DNA of 64,000 nt, from contig OX597823.1 in assembly GCA_951406725.2 (NCBI GenBank), positions 7,192,001 through 7,256,000 of the forward strand, given 5' to 3'. How positions within the stretch are numbered: the first letter of the stretch is position 1; each line of letters opens with the position of its first letter. Positions 52,531 through 64,000 of the stretch are shown here, one piece after another. Origin of the DNA: Octopus vulgaris. Taxonomy: Eukaryota. The position numbers were made by a program, and so were the translations under genes. Below the pieces are notes generated by a model, which did not search any database, was not told the DNA's origin, and saw nothing but the letters and a program-made list of their open reading frames with translations.

Positions 52531-53872
52531 AAATTCATTTCTTGTTTGTTCTTTGTGTTTATTACCTCTGCACATCTGCCACACACAAAGTCTACCTTCT
52601 CTGTTAATCTGTTAACCTTCATGTGATCCCACAGCACCTCATGTGTGCCCATACCTCGTACTCAATACACTGTACAGAGTTTCATCCAACACCTTTCTTA
52701 CAGGACTATTTTTCTGATGAGAGTAGAATAGAGTTTGTTTTTCTTACTAGGACTTTGATCTTTGCTACATTTCCTTTAAGGCTCTCTGATTTCAGGTTTT
52801 ACTTCCCCACCTGGAATTTCTTTTCTAATTCTATTACAAATACGGCATTAAAATTGAGGTCTTCAGTATATGGTAGTTTCTAAAGGGAACCAGTCTTAAA
52901 TTTCTTTGTCATGGCCTGGAGGACTATTATGTAAGAGGACTGAGGATGAAATCCTAGTGAAGTGAGCCCTACTCTTTTGACCAAGGGCTAGGCTGCTCAT
53001 GCCACTTACACTGTGCTGTTTCATATACAATAAATTGAACCTATCTACCTTATGTATATGTAAGCACAATGCACATAACCGCTTCTGATGAGTGCCTAAC
53101 CCGCAAACAGCTATAAAGAACTACCTACACTTTTCTACCCATCTCTTGCAAAGCTTTCACCAGTGATCTCATGGAGCTTACTTATGTATCCAGGTCAAAT
53201 GAGCATGAAAGACCACTTGAATTTTCCTATGTTTCATAAATGATGTTGTATGATTTTTTTTCCTGAGTTCGTATATGTCCTCATGAATAACTATGAATTT
53301 TCACTATTCAGATATTCTTAGATTCCTGCTATATTTATACTTTTTTGTTCCCTTTTCCGAAAATATGCTATAAATGACTCAATGCCCCGAAACTGCTCTA
53401 TTAATTTTATTCTATTATTCCTGAATCAGCTTGTCTGCTACATTGCCTCTAACCAACTCTTATTTCTATGGATTCTGCGTCCCTGCACTTAACTTTGAAG
53501 TTTAGGCACTAGGTTTGCTCCGAGCACTTACTGTATGTATCTCTTATATTATATGTCTTTTGACAGTTTCTTTCCTACACACACACACACACACACACTC
53601 ACACAGGCATGCATGTATACGAGATACTTTCACAACTCATGGTTAAGTAGTACTGTAATTTAACTACTAGGTCAACTTGATAATGATTTTTTTAATTTAG
53701 TTTGAAACCATAAAATTGCAAGAGATGGGGACCATTGAAAAGAAACTTCTACAGTCGTTGACAAATTCTTTTTGCAGTTTTCTTTTTCAATATTTGAGGA
53801 TGCACAGAGTTACTAATAAAGCTTATATGGCATACAACTTAAATTCAACTCACACTATACAATTCTATACAC

Positions 53873-53887
53873 ATCATCATCATCATT

Positions 53888-53928
<41 letters not shown>

Positions 53929-54055
53929 TGTTTAACGTCTGCTTTCCATGCTAGCATGGGTTGGACGGTTCAACTGGGGTCTGGGAAGCCAGAAGGCTGC
54001 ACCAAGCCCAGTCTGATCTGGCAGTGTTTCTACAGCTGGATGCCCTTCCTAACAC
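53873..54055 (-). mobile_element. RTE-type 3' end
   Basis: (CAT)n then TTTAACGTCTGCTTTCCATGCTAGCATGGG...GGATGCCCTTCCTAAC. Confidence 0.85.
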
Positions 54056-54098
54056 CATACATACACATATGCATACATACGCATATATATAAATAATG

Positions 54099-54148
<50 letters not shown>

Positions 54149-54335
54149 AGGTTTGGAGATGATGTACAGGTATTATATATTAGAAGAAATGAGGTAATCA
54201 GAAGATCGGATGGTTCATGTTTATAGATATTTATTTATATATTACATTTTTTACATATATATATCATATCATTCAGATTATTAGCGCTTTCTCCCATTCC
54301 AGTGGGGTTTTCAAATCAAATATATATATATATAT

Positions 54336-54369
<34 letters not shown>

Positions 54370-54778
54370 AAGAATTTTTTGCGTAATAAGATAAAAAAAC
54401 CAAGGCTGTATAGATATTAGAACATTTATAGATAGAAGGTCTTACAGCTGTTTCTAGGATATTAATTAATAATATCCCTTCATCGGAGATGGTGTGAGAA
54501 GAAAATTAAGACATAGTTAGTTTAGATGTGATACAAAATAGAGAGTGAGGTGGAGGAAAGAAAATAGATGTAAGATATGTATGGGTATTGAAGTTGTATA
54601 TCCACTTTATAAGCATAATGGTATATATGCAATATTCCAATACCCTTTGAGTAAAATCCAAAAGTTCAACAGAGTTTAATATGAGTCCTTCCAAATATAG
54701 AGTTTATAAGCAATGTAAGATTCCCTTATGACTGAGATCCGGCAGATTTTTAAACTTGGTCATTCCCAGTAGGAAATA
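54370..54778 (-). mobile_element. Penelope-like fragment in (TA)n containing a hammerhead motif
   Basis: Homologous to 19313-19430; bounded by (TA)n. Confidence 0.6.
54440..54489 (-). ncRNA. Minimal type I hammerhead ribozyme-like motif
   Basis: Minus strand TCT-CCGATGA-A-GGGATATT..AATATCCT-A-GAAAC-AGCT-GTA-AGA: helix I TCT/AGA, stem II, palindromic helix III, GUA cleavage triplet. Confidence 0.65.
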
Positions 54779-54782
54779 TATA

Positions 54783-54986
54783 TAGAGATGCAGCACGGAT
54801 TTTTGTCAGTGAACAGGTCGCGGATTTTAGCGACGAAAATATTTTGACAAATTAAACTTAAATGTTGAAGTGAATCGAACGGCTTTTGTGTGTTTCTTAA
54901 ATGGCTTATAAACACCTTCCACGCTGCAATTATTTTCGTTTCAGCACACGATCTCAGATCAAATTACTTGCTATGCGAGTACATCT

Positions 54987-54988
<2 letters not shown>
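54783..54988. mobile_element. Small MITE in (TA)n
   Basis: Termini GAGATGCAGCACG / CGAGTACATCTC form an imperfect TIR. Confidence 0.55.
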
Positions 54989-55035
<47 letters not shown>

Positions 55036-55253
55036 AATATTTACTTATTACTTATTATCTTATATTAAACTTTCTAATACTTTTCGATAGTTATATATAT
55101 TAAAAAAAAATTTAAAATTTATTAATTTAAATTTAAAATTTAAATAATTTAAATTTTATATATTTTGTATATTATATTAATTATGTTTATTTTTATGTTT
55201 TTCATTGTTTGATTTGCCTAATAGTGGTTTTATTTCTAATTTAATTTGTATAT

Positions 55254-55672
55254 AGGCGCAGGTGTGGCTGTGTGGTAAGTAGCTTGCTAACCAACCACAT
55301 GGTTCCGGGTTCAGTCCCACTGCGTGGCATCTTGGGCAAGTGTCTTCTGCTATAGCCCCGGGCCGACCAATGCCTTGTAAGTGGATTTGGTAGACAGAAA
55401 CTGAAAGAAGCCTGTCGTATATATGTGTATATATGTATATATATGTGTGTGTGTGTGTGTGTCTGTGTTTGTCCCCCTAGCATTGCTTGACAACCGATGC
55501 TGGTGTGTTTACGTCCCCGTCACTTAGTGGTTCGGCAAAAGAGACCGATAGAATAAGTACTGGGCTTACAAAGAATAAGTCCCGGGGTCGATTTGCTCGA
55601 CTAAAAGGCGGTGCTCCAGCATGGCCGCAGTCAAATGACTGAAACAAGTAAAGGAGTAAAAGAATAAAAAGA

Positions 55673-55673
<1 letters not shown>
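55254..55673 (+). mobile_element. Full-length SINE family A (reference copy)
   Basis: A box TGGCTGTGTGG, B box-like GGTTCAGTCCC, CORE-like CTTGGGCAAGTG, internal (TA)(TG) tract, GTAAAAGA-type tail. Confidence 0.92.
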
Positions 55674-55735
<62 letters not shown>

Positions 55736-56779
55736 GAGCTTATTATTTAAATGTATGTAAGTAATGAGCTAAACAAATGCTGGCAAGAACTTTTTGCTCT
55801 AATTCACCATACTACTGAAGGTAGTAACTTGGGAATGTATGCCACATCTTCAGTATCCTGATGAAGTATAGCAATAATTTCTTACTATTCTTTGTTTAAC
55901 TCATTACTTATCATACAATAAACATTTATAGCCATATAGAAAATGCATCTTAATTTATGCATGGTACGCTAATTTGAATGTTTGTGATAATTGGTCGATT
56001 TACTAACACATCAATGCAGTGTGAACATTAAAAAAAATACACAAACACAGAGATATGCAGTCACATACTGACAGATGCAGCCCATATTCCCCACCACACA
56101 TACGAACATGAGCACTTATGTTAAGTTTTGGTACATAGTTTTGTGAAGGTTACATTGGCAGATAAATTTATTGAATTCAAACTAAGAAATCTCATTATAT
56201 ATATATATCTAATGTATCTGTGTTCATGGTGAACCATAAGGTCTTTGATAAATTGAGTCTGATGACCCAGTTCTGATGTTCTGAGGAAATAATTTTGCAT
56301 TTCCTCCTTCTTGCAATTTTATGGTTTCATACTTAAATTTTAAAATTATTATTAAGTTGACCTAGTAGTTAAGTTACAGGACTACTTGGCCATGAGCTGT
56401 GACAGTGTCTTGTAGATAAAATATTAAATCTGTAAAAGGTTTCATGGAGCTTGTAATTTTATGTTTGTATAGGTTTTCCCTTCTAGATTAGTATGCATAT
56501 TTTTGCATACCATTGACTAAAAACATCATTAAGAATTTGTAATTTTGGTGCAATTATTATAATTTTTGTACCATTTCCTTCATTACATCTATAATAGAAA
56601 ATTTTCATCACTACTAAACTTTTATAAACAGATATGTAGTATCTATGTGTATTTAGTCTCTTCATTAACTTAGAACCACAAGTGCTCAGAACATATTATT
56701 TAAGAATAAATAAATGGAGGATAGATTTCAACCCAGAAGTATTTAACTTGCATCAGACTGAGATTACTCTTTATTTATG

Positions 56780-58375
56780 CGCTGACCATAACTACAGATG
56801 AGAGATGGCTCCATTTGTTTTCTCATAAACTTTCTGAAAAATGTATATTTTTTTAAAATTTAACATTACAGAAATACATTTTCAAGGATGTAGATTGTAG
56901 ATTATAATCGAGGCATTTAGTAACAGAGTGTTGTAAGTGCCAACCTGGCCATTTTCGAGGTTAGTATATCATTTTCTTTGTCTCAAAGTCTAGAATCTGA
57001 AAAAGTTGGGAGGAAGAACAAGTGAGACTTGCAATAAGGTCGAAAATTTGGCTGAAAAAATTGTACCTCAATGGCTATTGACATGACACTCACTCACCTA
57101 AACTCAGACCAGAGAGTTTAGTAACACACCATCGTAAGCACACACATTCAATCAATAACTTTGGTGTGGTCTCTGTATCGTTTTACGAGGTGTTATGGCT
57201 CATTTTCTAATACTCCTTATTACTGTCGTAATGATAATAGGTTATTATCTACCTACCGTGTCTTACTTACCTTAGTATATTAAAACACAAACAATCCTTC
57301 GGATGGGGTCTCTGTATATTTTTTCTAGGTATTATAGCTAAAATATGCAATGTGATACACCGTTTCATGGTACTGGTATACTCTTTTACTCTTTTACTTG
57401 TTTCAGTCATTTGACTGCGGCCATGCTGGAGCACCGCCTATATTCTAAAAAATGAGAAAGACGCAGTCATTGTTTCATCTTTCAGGCGCAGGTGTGGCTG
57501 TGTATAGGCGCAGGAGTGGCTGTGTGGTAAGTAACTTGCTTACCAACCACATGGTTCTGGGTTCAGTCCCACTGCATGGCACCTTGGGCAAGTGTCTTCT
57601 ACTATAGCCTCGGGCCGACGAAAGCCTTGTGAGTGGATTTGGTAGACGGAAACTGAAAGAAGCCCGTCGTATATATGTATATATATATATATATGTTTAT
57701 GTATCTGTGTTTGTCCCATAGCATTGCTTGGCAACCAATGCTGGTGTATTTATGTCCCCGTTACTTAGCGGTTCGGCAAAAGAGACCGATAGAATAAGTA
57801 CTGGGCTTACAAAAGAATAAGTCCCGGGGTCGAGTTGCTCGATTAGAGGCGGTGCTCCTGCATGGCTGCAGTCAAATGACTGAAACAAGTAAAAGCGAGT
57901 AATACGTAAATAAATAATTTTATATAGGTGGAATGATTAGAGGAGGTATTCATGGCCATTTTAAGACCAAAACCAGCTTCTTAACTTCATTCATTGCTGA
58001 GATATCACATTCTGATAGTTGCAAAACATTGACTGTTTTTCTCAGTTTTTAAGTTGTGGCACTTACGACGGTCTGCTACTAAACGCCTTAACTATTTTGA
58101 TACAATTGAGACAAAAAATTCTTGGAGGAGTTTCAAATCATTCTCCTCTTCTTGCTCTGATTTTGTTACCACCAAATTCTGCAACTTTAGCATTCTTAAT
58201 TTTTTTCTTTTCTTTTCTTTTTTTTTTTTTTTCTCAGAGTTATTTGTTTGAAATATCAACATTATACAATCTACAGCCTTGAAAATATATTTCTGTAAAA
58301 TGTCACTTAAACTTTGCATTTATAAAGAGCATCATGAAGAAACAAAGTCAGGGTGAGGAGATGAGAATGGTCCCA
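56780..58375. mobile_element. Probable DNA transposon with long imperfect TIRs, carrying nested SINE A copies (57380-57440, 57484-57900)
   Basis: TTACAGAAATACATTTTCAAGGATGTAGATTGTA (about 56866-56899) versus rc of about 58265-58298; outer limits uncertain. Confidence 0.45.
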
Positions 58376-58898
58376 AATTTCTTCATAATTTTGTTTTTCA
58401 TGCTTATTAATTTGCGTTGTAAGATTCCTGATGTGAAACTATGTGTTGAAACAGATATTGTTATATTTCAGGATGGTCGTTTATTTTTTTTATTTTCCTT
58501 TTCCTCTTTTTTTTTTTTGGCAAATAAACACATGCACTACAAATCTTTTGTCACACATCTGCGACCACCTCAGTGACCTTTTCCATCCATGTGTGTCCTC
58601 CTGCTCTGCTTAATCCATTCTAACAGAATGGATTTCCAGATAATGGACATAAGGTAAAATAAGGACAGTAATGAGTTAAAAACATGTGTTTATTGGGCAA
58701 TATATATATATATTTTTTTTCTCTCCTTTTTTTCTCTCCTTGTTTTTTCTGTGTCCCTTTCTGTAGAAGAGCGTAGGCTTGAAATTTAAAAGACTTTTTC
58801 TATTCCTGAGCATTATATTAATACATCTGTTTGTTTTCTACACCACCTGTCTTCGTCTTTTGTTTTTTTTGTAAACTCTCCTATATATATCTAAATAT

Positions 58899-59194
58899 CA
58901 CGTGATCACGTGACCGACCAGACCATCAGATGTTGTTACACATCGCTGATCACAATTCGTTTTAGCCTTTGAACGACGCCACCCCGCTGGCTGAGCGAGC
59001 AGAACAACAGAAGAAAGAGTGAGTGAAAGAGTGGTGGAAGAGTACAGCAGGGATCACCACCCCCTGCCGGAGCCTCGTGAAGCTTTTAGGTGTTTTTGCT
59101 CAATAAACACTCACAAGGCCCGGTCTGGGAATCGAAACCGCGACCCTACGACTGCGAGTCCGCTGCCCTAACCACTGGGCCATTGCGCCTCCAC
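58899..59194 (-). mobile_element. SINE family C, tail type 3, with 12-bp TSD
   Basis: Family C head; distinct tail ending CACGTGATCACGTGA; TSD ATATCTAAATAT; tail fragment also at 6582-6680. Confidence 0.9.
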
Positions 59195-59199
59195 ATATC

Positions 59200-59277
<78 letters not shown>

Positions 59278-59300
59278 TATATTTATATTTATATATATAC

Positions 59301-59360
<60 letters not shown>

Positions 59361-59533
59361 CCATCCCAAACTGTAACATCTGTTTTTTTTATATTATCAG
59401 CATAATCAAAATCTACACCCTTGAAAACATATATTTGCAAAATTTCATTAAAAGATATGCCTTTTACAGAAAGTTATGAGCTAGGGGTAAGGCCCTAGTC
59501 TGCAGATATTGCCAATATGCTGTTATTTACACG

Positions 59534-59584
<51 letters not shown>

Positions 59585-60351
59585 CCTGTGATTGGTGTAT
59601 TGTCATTTCACAGTTATGTTTTAGTGCTTTGTTATTTCATCCAGAGCGTTTTGTGGTGTGGTGATAAATTCTCAGCTTGTGACCTTTATGTTCCCTGTTG
59701 GATACATTTATCCTGTCACATACTTTTTATTTCTCTTGTTTTGTTGTTAAGAAAAAACAGGAATAATATATTTCCTAATTAGACTTCTCTGAAATCTCCT
59801 CTTCCTTCCCCTCCTCATTCTACTGCTGCTGCTGCCATTGTTGTCATCATTGTTGCCACTATGTCATCGTTGCCATTATTGCCATCACTGCCACTACTAC
59901 CACTCACTATCACCATCAGAATCATCAGTTTTATCACCATCCTCCCACTCCTTAACACCATCAGTTCACAGTGTGGGTTTTTTTTTTTTCTATGCTTGTA
60001 TGGGTTGAAAATGTCTGAAACTCAGTTACTTTCTTCCCATTTCAATCATAAACACTGTATTTCAGAAAGATGTAGCTTGGCTTTTACAGCTGAAAGTTTT
60101 TCCTGTGACCGAAGCAGATCAGGTGTGGTCTTGGAGTATTACAGTACAAAAGAAGTTGCCTTCTTAAACATGGAACCTTCATTACCACATACCTTCACAA
60201 TTAAAATTCTGTCTGATGCCAATATGGAATAAAATTATGTTCAAGTCAAAGTAATTCTAAGCTGCTATAGTCACCTGAGTCTGTATGAGCCACAGTATAT
60301 TCACCTGAGACGGAAGACCTGTGTTTTCAGAAAACCCTGAAATGATGATGA

Positions 60352-60545
60352 TGATCATCATCATCATTTAACGTCCGTTTTCCATGCTAGCATGGGTTGG
60401 ACGGTTTTGACTGAGGGCTGGCAACCAGATGGCTGCACCAGGCTCCAATCTTGATCTGGCAGAGTTTCTACAGCTGGATACCCTTCCTAACACCAACCAC
60501 TCCGAGAGTATAGTGGGTGCTTTTTACATGCCACCTGCACCTGAT
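60352..60545 (-). mobile_element. RTE-type 3' end
   Basis: Tail motif with one core. Confidence 0.85.
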
Positions 60546-62864
60546 GAAAAAGAATTTTCATAAGGGTGTGTGATAACTCTTTTTGATTTTGGGGTGCATG
60601 ACTACCAGCATCTTTTCTTTTGGTCTAGCAAAACAGGACTTCATTTGGGGTCATATTACTTGAGGGAAAAAATATAAGTAAAAATGTATGGTCATTACAT
60701 TTGTAGCATGAGTAATAAGACTTTATCTGTTAGTGATGGCAGAGAAGCCAGTAGAAATATCAGCTGAAATATCTGCAAGATGTTAATGAAGGGTAGACTT
60801 CAATAATAATGTCATCTGAACTGTACACTTATGTAAAAAATAAGTTGAAGGGAGAAAGGATATTAAACTGAAGAGTGTTTAATCTGATAATGGAAAGTAG
60901 TTGTAAAACATGACCTGAGAAGGAATGATTGTCAAATTTGAGAATCTGAGTTTTACAGATATGATGGTATGAAATCAAGACAAACCAGGGCAAACTATTC
61001 TATAAACTCCCCCAACTAATAACAGCATGGAAAAAAAAAAATGAAAATTGTGATTATAAAGAGTGAGTTGGGATTTTTATGAAACAAAATTTTGAAGATT
61101 GACAAAGAAAAACAAAAATGTGTAAAATGGGTGTCTAAGGTGGTGGTAAAAAGATTTCAATCTTTGCACCACTGTTTGAATATGGGTAGATGTTATTAGG
61201 GTGAATACCCGAAATTTCTTGTTTGTAAAACTATATTGAAGCAAACATAGAAACAACATATCAACAAAATAAACAAAATAAATGATAGATAACAGGTGAA
61301 AAAAGATCAAAGGAAATTATTGTGATGTCACACTTTATCAAACTGTTCTCAGCAAATTTTTAAAATTCTAAAATAATGTCAACTAGAAAGAACAATTATA
61401 AATATAGTAAATTACATAAAGTACTTTTCTTTTTTAACATTGGTGTTATACTAATTTCTAGTTTTATGTTTATGGGAAAGACGCAATATGGATGAAGAGT
61501 AAAAGGATGAAACAAAAATATCTTTATAAACTTTAAAATGGCCATATGAAACTATTTCATCGAATTACCAGAAACCACAGAAATAAAACAGAAACACAAA
61601 ATGCAAGGTAAGTACCTTCCATGACCTTTATGCATTTCTTTCACCAAGACCAAAACAAATCGATAGAAAAAAATCCCAAACCTTAAAATCTTCAAAACCT
61701 AATACTATGAGAAAACCTCAAATGTAGACCTGAAGAAATAATTGCACTCACCTATATGCTCAACTTCTCATACCAAAACATCCAACTCCTCAGAATTTGA
61801 AAACTGGACAAAATTAAGGGACTTTTAAAATGATATAAAATCCCAACTAAAGAGGCATTATGCTACCCTAGAAAATTATAGAAACCTTTATCTTTGGCAT
61901 CTCTAACCCATTCATTGATTTTTCAATTTACAATCAAATCACTACACTAACCACACTATCCACAAACTTTATATAAAGATTATATGACAGATCCAACACT
62001 AAAAATAAATTCACTCATAATATTGTCGTTGAAATGACAAGGACTCCTTGCTTTATTGCTACCTTATAAACACTTAACACTACTCAACTTGATATTGCTT
62101 AGTACAGTATCAATATATACAGAATCTACAACTTTCCAGCTGTGGTAACAATGGATCTTTTATCTTACCTGTTCTTTTAAACCTTCACCTAAAATATATA
62201 CAAAAGGAAAAAGAAAAAGAAAATGTGGATTATACTCGAGGATTTATGGTACTCGAAATGATAATTACCACTTTTTTTTTCAACAGAAACAACTGTATTC
62301 AAAATATTATTCAAACTGTAATCCTATTTTAATAAACATTCTAAAAATTGTTCTGAAGTTTAGCTTCTGTTCAAAGATACATTGCATAATATCTTGTGGC
62401 TATGGCAAGCTACAGTGCAAGTTCAAAATATAAAAGAAATTACAAGTAGACACCTTAAAGAATAGATAAATGATCCTTCAGTAATCAGTGGCCACTGAAA
62501 CTGCCTGGAATGACATGTACTGCTGTTATTCATGACAAAGAATGAATGACACTTGTTAACAGCAATGCATCCCCTTATTTTCACAGTGTTTACTACACCA
62601 GCTTCATAATCTCTTTAGTTGTGACAACTGTTGCCATACAGGGATGGTAGATGCAAGAGAAAACATACAAAAGATATTGACTTCCAAGAAAACTGACCAA
62701 AATAACATATTATGTTCTTATAGACTGATCGTCATTTTAAAAATTGATGGGAGGGTTGGTTGAATGAGTTTGTCTGGAGAATTAATTATGGAAAAATATA
62801 TTTGATAACTGAACTGACATGGATAGTCATTCCATGATGTATGAAAGATGAAGTTTTTAGCATT

Positions 62865-63575
62865 TTATTCTTTTATTCTTTTACTTGTTTCAGTCATTTG
62901 ACTGTGGCCATGCTGGAGCACTGCCTTTACTCGAACAATTCTTTGTGAGCCTAGTACTTATTCTATTATTGGTCTCTTTTGCAGAACCACTAAGTTACGG
63001 GGACATAAACACACCAATATCAGTTGTCAGGTGATGTTGAGGGGGACAAACAGGCACACAAATACATGCACACACTCACACACACATATACGACAGGCTT
63101 CTTTCAGTTTCCGTCTGCCAAATCCACTTACAAGGCTTTGGTCAGCCCATGGCTATAGTAGAAGACACTTGCCCAAGATGTCACACAGTGATATAATTTT
63201 ACTTTTAATTGCTTCAGTCATTGGATTGTGGCCATGCTGTGGCACCACCTTAAAGGGTTTAGCTGAACAAATCAATCCCAGTACTTATATTTTAGGTCTG
63301 GTACTTATTTCTTCTGTTTCTGTTTGCCAAACTGCTAAGTTACAGGGACATAAACAAACCAACACTGGTCGTAAAGCGATGGTGGTAGGACAACACAGAC
63401 ACACACACACACATGATTGAGGGGCTCCACACAGCTTCCCTCTACCATATTCACTCATAAGGCTTTGATAAGCCCAGGGCTTGAATAGAAGACACTTATC
63501 CAAGATGCTGCACAGTTGGAGTGAACCCAAAACCATATGGTCACAAAGTGAGTGTCTTAACCACACAGCCATGTC
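62865..63575 (-). mobile_element. Two tandem decayed SINE family A copies
   Basis: Family A tail and body seen twice (62865-63190, 63195-63575). Confidence 0.8.
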
Positions 63576-63657
63576 TATGTCTACACATATAGATATTGTA
63601 AAGATACAGGATTTTATAAATTCATACTCTTCACAAAGACAATACTAACATGAATGA

Positions 63658-64000
63658 AAGGCGGTGAGCTGGCAGAAATGTTAGCATGCCAGGTGAAATG
63701 CTTAGCTGTGTTTCGTTTGTCTTTATGTTCTGAGTTCAAATTTCATTGAGGTCAGCTTTGCCTTTCATCCTTTCGGGGTCAATAAATTCTTTACTACCCA
63801 CAAGGGGCTAATCACAGAGGGGACAAACAAGAACAGACAAAGGGATTAAGTCAATTACATCGACCCCAGTGCATAACTGGTACTTAATTTATCGACTTTG
63901 AAGGGATGACAGGCAAAATCGACCTCGGTGGAATTTGAACTCAGAACGTAATGGCAGACGAAATACCGCTAAGCATTTTGACCGATATGCTAATGCTTCT
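63658..64000. mobile_element. Inverted pair of family B SINEs
   Basis: Plus copy 63658-63788 directly followed by a minus copy running off the window. Confidence 0.85.

Noticed and set aside
59861-60232. 123-aa ORF as a real gene
   Set aside because: Starts in degenerate trinucleotide repeat and has no recognisable domain.
60750-62300. Decayed LINE ORF1-like sequence (also 45300-46330 and 36780-37240)
   Set aside because: Composition looks coding-derived, but there is no motif I can name with confidence.

Overview
AT-rich, repeat-saturated eukaryotic DNA with no intact protein-coding gene. The tRNA-derived SINE families and microsatellite load resemble an Octopus/coleoid cephalopod genome; this is pattern recognition, not a database result. 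Recognisable elements: three abundant tRNA-headed SINE families, many 5'-truncated RTE-type LINE ends with (GAT)n tails, CR1-, R4/Dong- and Jockey/CR1-like LINE remnants, mariner and DD37D transposase fossils, hAT, TTAA and Helitron non-autonomous elements with intact junction signatures, a GalEa-type copia gag/protease remnant and a probable solo LTR. Four things stand out once these are subtracted. (1) A buried, apparently intron-poor fossil coding region (about 6.9-20.8 kb, both strands); its frames rejoin when TE insertions are removed and repeatedly resemble BTB/BACK, PHR and F-box modules. (2) Minimal hammerhead-ribozyme motifs in short Penelope-like elements embedded in (TA)n. (3) Structured 62-67 bp tandem arrays (constant pseudoknot-like core plus variable hairpin) in RTE 3' UTRs, one of which has captured a 40-bp piece of nearby DNA. 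(4) Several large fold-back structures. Nearly all ORFs in the supplied track are microsatellite or SINE artefacts. All translations and alignments were done by eye, and coordinates of decayed elements are approximate.
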